DNA from: Saprolegnia diclina VS20
Lineage: Eukaryota
DNA: 64,000 nt
Reading direction: 5' to 3'
Assembly: GCF_000281045.1 (NCBI RefSeq)
Contig: NW_008246071.1
Location: forward strand, 571,315 to 635,314
Shown here one piece after another: positions 45,234-56,237 of this stretch. Below the pieces are notes generated by a model, which did no database searches, had not been told where the DNA came from, and saw only the letters and a program-made list of their open reading frames with translations. The translations under genes and the position numbers were made by a program. The stretch's first letter is position 1. The number at the start of each line of letters is the position of its first letter.

Positions 45234-45712
45234 CTTGGCAAGTGACCCACCATGGTTTATACTGCCACCGACCACATGGTTGCCGTTGGAAGGCTCCCGA
45301 ACGCAAGTGGTTGCGTCAGCGTCGCTTTAACGCGTTAAAGGGATAGGAACGCGTTAAACTTGAGCACATTGGACGCGTTCCTTCGAGCGGCGACACCAAG
45401 GGCGACATGGGGAGCTGCTTCGTGCCTGCGTTGACAACAGTCTCGGCACAACCTTGGGAGACCTTTAGACAGGTTATATAGCCGAGTTAAACGCGTTTTT
45501 AAAGCGATTTGCTTGGCTTACGCGTGAGGTCCCATGCATCCTTGGCATGCCACCATGCTACCGCCAACAACAGACCGCCAAGGACCATGACTGAAGGCGA
45601 TGGTGGTCGAGGTCCATTCGGGCAAGGTCGATGAGCTCGGAACAGAGATGGGCGCCGAAATCGCAAGGAACGATCGAGCTCTGTAGACTAGACGGCTAGT
45701 GTATATGGCTAA

Positions 45713-46482
45713 CTAGACCTTTGGAATGTAGACACCACCAGCGCGGGACACCCAAGCTTCTGGCTCGGGTTTGTAGAAAGGATCGACTTGGCGCATCGGG
45801 CTCGGGCTTCGGTTCATGTAGGCGTCGTGCGTCCAGTCCCGTTTGGACACGTCGACATACGGGCGACGACTTGCGCCACGGCTGCGGCTTCGACTCCGAC
45901 TACGTCGTTGTTGGCGACTTCGGCTGCGGCTTCGACTGCGGCTTTGTCGATGGCTGCGGTCTCGGCTGCGATCTCGGCTGCGACTCCGACTGCGCTGGCG
46001 GCGAGGTTTTCTAGAGCATATAACCAAGATGAGCTCATGATGCAGGGCTGCGGCCGAACCGGGCATGATGGCGGTTCTCGTCCATCTAGTGTAGTCATGT
46101 CAGATTGAGGGAGGAACACCTGGAATGACGTACGTCGGGGCGAAACGGGTCCTCTGGTGGGAGGCTCTCGATGGAGCTCACCGACGACGTACTCGAGACC
46201 GAGCTGGATCGCTGGCGCTTGGACGGGACATCGCGGCCAAACTCGTCCACCTTGGTCTTCTTGTGCTTCTTCTTGTGCTTCTTCTTCTTCTTCTTGGCCT
46301 CGCGCTTCAAGGTTGGGTTCGCCGCTTCCTCCTTCATGCGCCGACGGAAGGCCAAGGCCTGCATCTCGGCCTCCGTGTAGCCGCCGGACCACTTGGCATC
46401 GGTCGACCTAGTTCATGCATCTTCCATCGTTCCATGGACCTCGGCGTCAGCTCTCGCCGCCATCGACGTACTTGCCGCTCAT
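45713..46482 (-). CDS. Small Lys-rich and Arg/Ser-rich nuclear protein; multi-exon
   Basis: MSGK|STDAKWSGGYTEAEMQALAFRRR (GTACGT..AG intron restores frame), KKKKKKHKKKHKK, RSRSRSRDRSRDR, EAWVSRAGGVYIP. Confidence 0.7.
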
Positions 46483-46897
46483 GCTGCTTTGCCTCGAAAC
46501 TTATAAAGGTATCTGTTTTTAGAGTGTATCGGGGCAGAGAGTGTACTTGAATATGCATTCAAAGAGGTCTAACGGCCAGGTGGTGCTTCAACTTGGCAAG
46601 ATCCAGCAACCGAGCAGCAACCCAGCAGCAACCGAGCAACCGGCTGAAAGCTGCTCATGCGACTTCATGCTACGACAAGGTAAATGGGTGCATCGCCCTG
46701 CTCTGCTGCGCCTTCATCCACAGTCACGACGTCGTTGGCTCTGTGGCCGACGACTTCTGGTACTCTGCTGCGGCGCATCTACTAGTACGAGGGAACCCGC
46801 CGACGGTGAGCTCATCGCCCCACGACAAGACTCCAACATCGCATGCAAGACCACGTATTCATAGTTCATAATCGCTTGGGCAAGCCGCCGAGAGCGC

Positions 46898-47857
46898 CTA
46901 CTGCTGGTCCGAGCGGCCCGCGGTAAGCGCGTCGAGCTCGGCCTGGCTCCACGCAGGCAGCTCGTACACGACCGCCTGGTCCCAGATGGGTTGCACCGTG
47001 GCCATTTCGGCCGGGCCGGCCGCGAGCACCAAACGGTGCGCCGCGCAACGCGGGAGAAAAGCCAAGTCCGCGGGCGTCTTGCCCTTCGTGTCGACGAGCA
47101 CGTGGAGGCTGCCCCAAAAAGTAATGTCGTGCGTGTGGGGCAAGTTCTCGAACGTATCGTACTCAAAGACGCCATTGAGGCCGTCGTAGAGCACCGTGTC
47201 GTCGCCGTGGAGGTAGAGCACGCGGGGCGTCTTCTGGGCGACGAGCTGCCACAAGAGATACACGAGGCAGATCGACTTGCCGACGCCCTCGTCGCCCGTG
47301 AGAATCATCATCTTGGTGCCGACGAGCGTGTCGACGACGTCAAAGAAGCACTCGCGCAAGTAAAACTCGGCCATGTCCGTCAAGAGCGGGTGCTGCACTG
47401 TCAAGGCAAGCCACGGACCATCGTCGGCAAGCGCCGCGTCCGGAAGGGCGACGAAGAACGGCGTGCTGCTGGGACGCTTGGCCAGTTGGTCTTGGAGTGA
47501 GCGGGTAATGGCGTCCTCGACCGCGTCGATGATGGCGGCCTCTTGGGCCGAGGGCTCCTCGCGGTCGGCTCTCGCAATCCGGCGCGAGCGCAGGACCCAC
47601 TTGCCGTTGACAAACTCCATCCCAAAGCCAATGGCCATTCTGCTGCTGTCTGTTGCAAAGGCTGCGAATTCGAGAATGAAGACAGCTTTCAACTGCGTGG
47701 CGATGAGATCGTGGCGTTGGGACAGGCCCGTTCGATATTCTGCCATCCGCGTCGCTCGTGCTGCCACGTCATCTGTATTTTCAGGCCAAAAGAATGGAAA
47801 GTCGACGGGTTGAAGAGCCCACTGCTTGCCGCCTCCTGTCGAATGCCATGGAAGCAT
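46898..47857 (-). CDS. Crinkler/RHS-like P-loop NTPase segment, possibly truncated or the 3' part of the upstream gene
   Basis: FYLRECF, MMILTGDEGVGKSICLVYLLWQL, HVLVDT, YELPAWSQAEL; similar to the P-loop unit at 47898-48719. Confidence 0.55.
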   Translation of the reverse strand: MLPWHSTGGGKQWALQPVDFPFFWPENTDDVAARATRMAEYRTGLSQRHDLIATQLKAVFILEFAAFATDSSRMAIGFGMEFVNGKWVLRSRRIARADREEPSAQEAAIIDAVEDAITRSLQDQLAKRPSSTPFFVALPDAALADDGPWLALTVQHPLLTDMAEFYLRECFFDVVDTLVGTKMMILTGDEGVGKSICLVYLLWQLVAQKTPRVLYLHGDDTVLYDGLNGVFEYDTFENLPHTHDITFWGSLHVLVDTKGKTPADLAFLPRCAAHRLVLAAGPAEMATVQPIWDQAVVYELPAWSQAELDALTAGRSDQQ

Positions 47858-47897
47858 ACATGCATTCGTTGGAGGAGGTTAGCTACTACGTGCTGGG

Positions 47898-48719
47898 TCA
47901 TGGACCGAGTGTTGGCGCAGTTGTGCGCACGCCGCACGTGGCCGCCGCCATCGCCAGCTCGGCGGCGTCCCAGTCGGGCAGCGCGATATGCGTCGTCGCA
48001 AGGGCACAGCGCGTTATCGCCGACTGGGCCACACGGACGCTGTGCACCTTGCCAAACGGAATCGCCGCCTGATCGGTAGCAGTCGTGTCGAGAAGCACCC
48101 AGAGATCCAAGGCCCAAAACACATCGTCTGTCAAGGGCGGCAGCACCTCGATGGCGTCCACGCCGTGTAGCGGATCCAGCAGCACGACGTCCTCGTTGAA
48201 GAAGACGAGGACGCGATGACGTGTCCACACGAGCGTCCAGAGGAGGTAGATGAGAAAGGTCGACTTGCCCGGCCCCGTGACGAGCACGGTCGGCACCACG
48301 AGGATCTCGGCCACGAGCGACCGATAGATCGACCGGACAAAGAGACGGGTCGAATGCGAGCCTGGTATTGGCTGCAAGAGCACGAGGTGTTGCTTGGCCG
48401 GCTCGGCAATGTTTGCGAGCCGGGCGAGATCGAGGTCCTTGTAGAATCGAAGGGCCGATGGCTCTTCCTGGACCGCACGCAGCTCTTGCTCGAGCAAAGC
48501 AATGCTTAGTGGACTCTCGGGGCCATTAACGTGCGGCAGCAGCTCGTGGGCGCGCAGGAGCCGACCGTCAAACGTGTGCACCGAGAGGTGCAGCGGCGGC
48601 ATCGTCGCGTAAAAGTCGCGCTTGACGACGGTCGCAAGGTCCTCTGCGTTCATGCAAGTCGGCGTCGCCACGAGAACGGGCACCGCATCGGGCAAGAGCA
48701 CCCAGAGTGCGCTCGGCAT
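47898..48719 (-). CDS. Crinkler-like protein: ubiquitin-like N-terminal header + degenerate P-loop NTPase
   Basis: ALWVLL..AEDLATVVK..LHLSVH..PESPLSI header; LFVRSIY, VLVTGPGKSTFLIYLLWTL, WVLLDT, ALPDWDAAEL. Confidence 0.6.
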   Translation of the reverse strand: MPSALWVLLPDAVPVLVATPTCMNAEDLATVVKRDFYATMPPLHLSVHTFDGRLLRAHELLPHVNGPESPLSIALLEQELRAVQEEPSALRFYKDLDLARLANIAEPAKQHLVLLQPIPGSHSTRLFVRSIYRSLVAEILVVPTVLVTGPGKSTFLIYLLWTLVWTRHRVLVFFNEDVVLLDPLHGVDAIEVLPPLTDDVFWALDLWVLLDTTATDQAAIPFGKVHSVRVAQSAITRCALATTHIALPDWDAAELAMAAATCGVRTTAPTLGP

Positions 48720-48990
48720 AGCGAGTTGGCGATAACCTGCTGGGGTGAGGACGGTCGACGAGGGACCCGGCTGTTACAATGCGTGAAGCAAGAGACGACG
48801 GTGGTCGTATATTCAAGAGTGATTCAAAAGAGAGCCTACGAGCCGAGGGCTGAAGAACACCAGGAGATAGGACAGTTGTAAAGCTGACTCGGATAAGCAA
48901 GAGCTGCAGAGAAGTATGCTATTCCTTGTTAAGCACACCTCTAAGCGTAAGCTGGTTATCCAACTTCAATCTGGGCTGGCAAGGGAACGA

Positions 48991-49084
48991 CCATGGGTCA
49001 ATAATAAAGATTGACCCATGGGTACGACCATCGTGGGTTGTACGGATACAACCGTAAGTAGCCCGGTTAAATACTGTATCCGTA
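48991..49084. repeat. Two adjacent perfect inverted repeats
   Basis: ccatgggtcaat (48991-49002)/attgacccatgg (49010-49021) and tacggataca (49041-49050)/tgtatccgta (49075-49084). Confidence 0.85.
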
Positions 49085-49320
49085 TATAATTCCCCAGTCC
49101 AGTTAAGACCGGCGTCTGCTCTGTCTCGCGGCCCAAGCAGCCACGCCATCAGCCAAGAATGGACCAAAGACACGGCCTCTTGCCTCGCACATGCGAGCTA
49201 CAACTAGCTGCCTAACGGGTAGTGGGAGGGATACGTATGTAGTGAGTGGCGTAGGGTCAACTGAATTAGCTCGAAGCATGAGCTTCTACATTTGGCGGCT
49301 GCGCTCCGAGGTGGCGATGG

Positions 49321-49785
49321 TCACGCGATCGACGCTCGTGGCTCATCATCGTTGGAGCCGTAGGTCTCCATACGTCGCGTTGGTAGGATAAGCGCTCGCT
49401 CACTCGCCACGCGCGGTATGACCAAACAGTGCGCAATCGGGCGGAGGAGGCGGCTCATGAGTAGCTGCAGCGTGTACGGTCTCGTCGTCTTGGGCAGGAC
49501 GCATCGCTGGACGGCGCCTTCTACATGCTCGTTGACGCTCGGGATCATTGGGTCTGGTAGAGGGCGCAACTGCAAAGGCGTTGCCCAGTGGCTAGCGTAC
49601 GCGGCGGGCACAGCGCACTTCAAGTCGAGCTCGGTGCCGTCATTTGCCATGAGCACAAGCGGTCGCCCGTCCGTCGAGAGTGCAAAGTGGGCTTGCGCCG
49701 CATCCCGAAGCTGGCGCATCGACGCACGCCCAACGGTCGCGACCTCGATCGCCTCGTCGCGGCCGTTTGTGATCCACACACCCAT
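49321..49785 (-). CDS. Small protein with a ubiquitin-like, Crinkler-header-like N-terminus; 3' end uncertain
   Basis: MGVWIT..AIEV..SMRQLRDA..LVLMANDGTEL..WATPLQL parallels the header of the neighbouring gene. Confidence 0.4.
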   Translation of the reverse strand: MGVWITNGRDEAIEVATVGRASMRQLRDAAQAHFALSTDGRPLVLMANDGTELDLKCAVPAAYASHWATPLQLRPLPDPMIPSVNEHVEGAVQRCVLPKTTRPYTLQLLMSRLLRPIAHCLVIPRVASERALILPTRRMETYGSNDDEPRASIA

Positions 49786-50183
49786 GCCCGTTCCCAGCAG
49801 CCCAAGGCGGGTTCTGCGCAGCTGAAGGTTGCGCGTCGATGGCCTGTCTGGTTGATCGGTCTTGACCGAGGTCGGTTAGCCTCGCTCTGGACCTCATGGC
49901 ACGTGGCAGCACCTCTCGCTGCTGTGGCTTGCGTCGACGTCTGCGCTCGTGCAGGCTAGTATGCGACGATGTCCTTGCTCGGCGCATGGCTTCGGAGATC
50001 GCAATGAGCAATCAACTGACCTATACCAAAGGCGACCATATCTTTGCTACCTGCGTCCAAAATTGAAAGACGGCAATCAACTGACCTTTTCCAAATCGCT
50101 TCTTCAACGATTAAAATTACATTGCGTGTTTGTATGTAGCACGCCATTGTATTCTGTTGAGGAAGAAGATATCGCGAGGCAGC

Positions 50184-51641
50184 ATGAAGACGGGCCTCGT
50201 CCTCGGGCTGCTGCATGGCCTCGGAGCAACGCTCTCGGCGCTCGTCGTCGAGATGCCTCCGCCGGTCGTAGCGCGCGAGGCCATGAGCGCCATGCGCCTC
50301 ATCAACCAGACCGACGTGACCAACGACATTCCGCAGTTCGAGGCGATCATCAAGGCCGCGTACGCGGTGCTCCAGGCCAACTACGACGACCAGATGCACG
50401 CGACCGCGCCGGGCGCCATCGAGAGCATCGGCTTCCAGCACATTGTATGCATGCTTCTGTCCTCTGCGCTCATCGACGTTGCATTAGAAAGCCCATGATG
50501 CGCTGCTGGCGGCGCAAGCGATCGCCCACCGCAACTTTACGATGGCCACCAAGCAGTTCACGTACGCCAAACAGCGTGGCAGCAATGGGATCTTGACGCT
50601 ATGTTAGGGCCCTCCTGCGCCATCAATGGAGCAACGGATTCATGCCCGATGTGATTTACGGTCCGTCGGTCAGCGCCTCGTCTGCCTGGCTGGCGACCAA
50701 CAAGACGTACTACCCAGGTCCTGCGTTCTGGTCGATTTCGGTACTAGTACCTGTGTACGCCACGCAAGCAATGTAGCAAATCACAATGTAGGAGCACAAC
50801 AATGACACGAACAAGTCGCTGCCGACGTCGGGCCTCCTCGCGCCACCGCTGCACGCGGAGACAGCGATGCGCATCTTTTATCTCGCGCCGCTCGACACGT
50901 CCATGGGCACGCCCGTGTACACGGACGACGCCATGGTCTTCCTCTGCGATGTCTACTCGCCGCTCCGGCGCTTCCACGACTACTTGTTCTCGTCACGCCA
51001 AGCCTCGAACGACTCGCTCCTCGTCCTTCGCGTACCCGATCATCATCGTGTTTGCTTGTCCTCGGCCTCATTCGTTGCCTACGTAGCACCCTTGGGAGAG
51101 CATGACGAGTGTCGCACCTGGTTGGAAGGATGCGTTGGCGTCCGTGAAGCTCGCTGCCGACTATGCCCAGGTCATCAAGCGTCTGAACGTTCCTGCGACG
51201 GCCCAAGACGCGTACGTGGCGGCCGCGTCTCGGTTCTACCCCCGCGACACGTCATTGGTGAAGGACCTCTACGAGCCAATGCTGTACCTCGCGAACTGCT
51301 TTGTCCGCGATGGCACTTCTGGGACGACAACAGCTCCTTCCAAGTACACTTATCGAGTCGTCGTAGCAAGGAGTATCAAGTTGAGGCATAGGTGCGCTAC
51401 GGACGTGCACGTGTTCGATGTCGAGTTCAACGCGATCGTGTTGCGGTCGTCCGAAGCGCTGCTCAACATGGCGACATTGCTGCTCAAGCACGCGTCGCGG
51501 TCGTTGCGCTTCGACTGCAAATACGGCCTTCCGCACGCCCACGACATTGACGCGCTCCAGCGATCGGTTGCAGCGCTCAAAGCCCGGCTGCAGTCGCCAC
51601 TGCCCGACGGTCTTTGGAATGCGTCGGCGCAGGTACTTTGA
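50184..51641 (+). CDS. Hypothetical, possibly secreted protein; multi-exon
   Basis: MKTGLVLGLLHGLGATLSA hydrophobic start, several coding-like exons with GT..AG gaps, last exon ends WNASAQVL*. Confidence 0.55.
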
Positions 51642-51662
51642 TCCTACTTCTCGCGTGTTGAC

Positions 51663-52620
51663 ATGTATGCTGCGCTAGTATTTCCAGAGCAGTCACACCA
51701 CGTCGCCGACAGTCCAAGGCTTCTTCCCGCTGTACGCGACAGCGCTCAAAGGTCTGGCGTAGCGATGCGTCGTATGTAAGCAGCCACTGACGCACTGGCG
51801 TAGACACAGTGCAGATCGGCCTCCTCAGTCATATTCTACCGACGCCCCATACATTCAATTTCTTTTGCGACTATTTTCCCATGGCCGTATATCCCTGCCG
51901 TACGTCCTTGGTCATCGTTCAAGCGTTGGACAATATTGTGTGTGTAGAAGACACGATCAAAGATGTACCGCGCATTACACTGCTTGTCCACAGCTACGTT
52001 GCCTATCGCGGCTTTCTCAAGGTCAGACTGACTCTGAGGCGACGGTGACGGAGCGTGAGCTAGAATTCCTTCTTGGGGGTCGCTCAAGTGCTCTTGCAAA
52101 AGACGTATGCGCTTCTCTCGTCCGTCGACACGTTTCATTTCTGCGATGAATTTGACGCGACATCCGGTGCGCCGCTAACGACGACAACCGGCCTCTCATC
52201 GACGCTCGCGGCGTCGGTTGCCATCAACATGGGCCTACCCGACGGTAGATGTGACCAATTTGATCGATCACGGATGACACGCCGACGTAGCGACGCAGCC
52301 GCCGAGCCCCGACACGCCGCCGATCAACCGCAAGATGATTCTGATCGTCATGTGCATTGAGCTCGTCGTTGCCATGGGCGTGGCGATCGGCTGCGTGGTC
52401 TTTTCGATTTACTTTGTCGTCAAGCGGCCTCAAGAAGTGGCCCCGCGCCCGGCCGCCGCCTCGACCCCCAACGTGCGCGTCTCGGACAGCGCGTCGAGTC
52501 CCAACAGCGACCATTTGGAAGAGTCCTTGCTTTCAGAAGACGAAGACGTTGACGTACACGCGCCTTCTCTGGTCTCGTCTCTGACGAACGCTGTTTCTAG
52601 GAGTATGGCTCATTCCTCGC
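51663..52620 (+). CDS. Hypothetical multi-exon protein with one TM segment; boundaries uncertain, may be two genes
   Basis: Short coding-like segments with GT..AG gaps; TM segment ILIVMCIELVVAMGVAIGCVVFSIYFVV followed by KRP and an acidic tail (EESLL). Confidence 0.35.
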
Positions 52621-52679
52621 GTCGTCGCCGCGCGAACCCAAGGGCACGTGGTCGTCGATCAAGTCGTTTGTATCGAGCA

Positions 52680-55600
52680 TTAGTCCGTGGGGGTGATGCT
52701 TTTGCCAAAGTGGTGTGCTTGGCGCTTGCGCATTGCCTCCTTTCGCGCACGCCACCCGCTGTATTTGGAAAAATTCGTTTTCGCGTCCAGCACATGCTCG
52801 AGCTCCGTGTTGCGCACTAGGGTCTCGGTGATGACGCGCCTCTTGTAGCGTGAGGTACCTTCGTAGCGCTCGAGGTCGTCGCGGTGGATCCACTCGAAGA
52901 GCGGCACGACGTACAGCGCGTTGTTGGCAAAGCCCGAGAGAAGGCCGGCTTGGTGCTTGGCGTGCCTACGCCCACTTTCCAGCGCAAGAATGGCCCGGAC
53001 GGACGTACCGGATCGCGCTCTGCGGCGTGGGGAACGTGTGGTAGACGTGGACGTGGACTTGGACGTCGTCGTGCGTCCAAGTGTTGGGCAAGCCGACGCA
53101 CGCGTAGCGCTGACTGCTCACGACCGGGTCGCACTCGCGCTTGATGAGGAGGCCGACCGCGTGGGTCTCGGCCAAGACGTCTTTCCACGCCTTTTCTTGT
53201 CGCGCATCGACCGCCATGCGGCGCTGCGACGCCGGCGTCTTGGTGTCGCGAACACTGGCGTCGGGAAGCACGGCACCGTGCTGGCTGCGGAGCACCATAG
53301 TCACGTCCCCGTCCTTGAAGAGGAGGAACCCGTTGACGTCGAGACCCCCCATGGGCTGCGCCACGTCGATGGCGCCAATCGAGTGGAAGAGCTGCAGCGT
53401 TGGCTCGATGGCCTTGAACTTGCCACAGACGCGGAACGCGATCGAGCCGAGACCGTCGACCATCGGCCGCGCGTAGCCGACAAGGGCAAACGGGTGCGGT
53501 ACGCCGTGCAGCGGCTGCCACAGAAACTGCCGCGTCGCGTGGTTGAGCGGTGTTGCTGGCGACGACGCACGCAGCGGGTTGAAGTGTGTGAGTGGCTTGT
53601 CCGTCTCGTCGTCGTCGTCATCAAGTTCGTCCAAGTCGTCGGGAGCGATAAAGGCGTCCTCGGTGTGCTCCAACGCGAGCACGTTGGCGGCTTTGGACCC
53701 GCGGTGCTTGGCCATCGTCGGTGATAAGAGCGAAATGCGCCGCTGGCCGTGCAAATGAATATCGCTGTCGCGCTTGGCGCGTGTCGAATGCGGCCCGTTG
53801 CTCGTGTGCAAGCGCCGCGTCGTCGAGGGTAAGCTGCTCATCGAGGCCGACGCCGTGAGCCGAGGTTTGGCGTAAATATGGAGCTCGCCGACGGGCAGGA
53901 GCGGCCGGCCGTCGAGGCTCATGGTTTTGGGCAGCGGGTCCAGCGTCAGACTGCCCGTGTGCCGCTTGAGCGACGCCAACGGCTTGAGCGACTCGGCGAG
54001 AAACTCTTTGCGGTACTTCTCCCACACGATCGTCTTCATGACGCGGTTGTCGAGGGACCCGAGCTGCTCGTCCGAGCCGCAGCGCTGAAGACTCGCGCGC
54101 GCGTCGGGCGAGAGCAAGTGGAAGATGTCAAAGCGCGAGAGCACGAGCACCTACGTACGCACGCGGCGTCAAGCCCGCCACCCGACGGCATTTCGCCATA
54201 CCTTGACCGGGCTCTCGGCATAAATGGACGCATGGCGCGTGAAAATGTCGTTGAAGCGGCCGGCGGTCGCCCTAGCAGACGCTGTTGAATGAGAGAAGAA
54301 GAAGACGAGAGAAAGGCGTCGTACTCGGCACAGCCAATGACGCTATTGGGCCCGTACCGAGCGACTTCAATGACAATGTCCTACGTTTCGGGTGACGTTG
54401 AACGAAGCTGGCGGGGCACGCACCTGCTTGGTGAACGGGTCGAGCGTCTGGTGTTTCGCGACGCACTCGCCGCGCACAACCACATACATTTCACCGGCGC
54501 GCGAGCCCTACACCGCAAGGGTATAGTCAATGCAATGGGTAGTACCCACCGACTTGTTTGCAGATTTCCCCGCGAAACGCTATGTACTTTTCGACCATGA
54601 CGGAGCACATGGCCTCGATCGTCGCCACGTCCCACTCGGGCCCCGAGAAGACCGGGTTGCTCTGCAAAAGGCGCACGTACTCGGTGTGGCTTTGGTTTTG
54701 GTACTTTTGCACGAGCGGTATGTACTCGTCGCGGCTCAGCGTGAGCAGCTCCGAGTAGTCGGTGCTCGTCTAGACACCGTAGCATGCATAATTTTGTCGC
54801 TGAAAGGCCTACCACGGTCGCCCGACGGACGCCGTTCTCCTCGGACAAGGCGAGTTCGCCAAAGGTTTCGCCCTCCTTGAGCGTCGCCACAACCATCGAG
54901 ACCGGCTCGTTGCTCCTGCGAGAAGGCGGTAAAAGGAAATCGGAGTTGGCAATGCGCACCGATTGGTCGTCGACACGCGGACCTCGACCGCGCCGCTAAA
55001 GAGAATGTAAAAGTGGTGGCCGCGCTGGCCTTCTTGGAAAATGGTCGTATTTGTCCAAGCGCACACGAGTCGAAGAGCTTTGCAGAGCTGTTTCCGAACC
55101 TCAAACGAAAAGCGCGCGAAAAATTTGACGCTTTTGAGGTACTCGACCGCAAACTTGAGGTCGCGCTCGGTGCGGTCGCCCGCGGGCTGCATAAAGATGG
55201 CGCGGACAATGTCCTTATTCGAGCGAAAGCGCTTGGCGACTTCAAGCGAGATCTCTTTGGCAATGTACATGTCCTTGGGCTTCTCCCGCAGAATCGCACT
55301 GTACGCAGCCTTGTCGATCGACGCGAGCTCGACCAGTGGTGTTAGCGTCACGACCGTCGCTAGCGTCCACTCAAAGACGATCTGCAACTCCTTCAATACC
55401 TTCGCGCGGGTGCGCGTCTTCGCCGTCGCCGACGAGCGCACGGTCGCCAAAGCACTCGCCCGGCTCGAGGTCGCAGAGCACACGTTCGACGGGCGGATCG
55501 CTGTGCTTGCTGAGCTTCCGAACTTGCACTAGAGCAAAGGTGCCTGTGCATGGGACCGGTTTGCTATGGTGGCTACCTTGGCCCGACAAAAGGACGTAAA

Positions 55601-56076
55601 ACCGGTCGCCGACGTCGCCCTAGCCGTGTCATATGACTGCATGCGATGTCTCGCGATTGCAGTACTTGACGAAAAATGGGCGTCTCGACGGCGCTGAACG
55701 TCATGAGCTCGAGCGCCTTGTAGAACTCGGTTTCCTTGTCTATCACATGCCGTTTGTACAACAAAGATGCGCGAGCAGCGAGGTGCGTACGCGGGTCGAG
55801 GTGGCTGCAGTGCTTGCCAATCTTGGACGTATGAAAAAACACCTTGATCTACACACGAAGGTTGAGGATGCGGTGGACTGTGGCGACTTGGCTTGCAATA
55901 TGAACGTCCTCGAGCGTACGCTCGGCCGGTGGCGTCATAAGAAGCCGCCGGCAGTTGACGACGGTCGGTCCGTTCTCGGCCACGACTGTAGCAAACGCCT
56001 CGGTGGCAAGCTTGATCTCAAACTGCGTCGCCAACGACGCCTTGCGCGATTCGTCCTCAGTCTTTGCCTTGGGCAT
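52680..56076 (-). CDS. Protein with multiple cyclic-nucleotide-binding domains and a C-terminal domain of unknown function; multi-exon
   Basis: GDVGDRFY, LEPGECFGDRAL, IFQEGQRGHHFYILFSG, LKEGETFGELAL..RRATV, third repeat ICKQ|GSRAGEMYVVVRG. Confidence 0.8.
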
Positions 56077-56237
56077 TTGGGCTACAATGGCTAGCTATTC
56101 ATAGATCGACTCGTTATTTTATAGGTCTTGGTCGATAAGACAATATTCGTATGAGGTGTGTGGATTGGTGAGTCAGCAGCACAATTCCTTGATTAAATGT
56201 CGATATATGAAAGTGGAGCTCATATCATTTGCTGATA

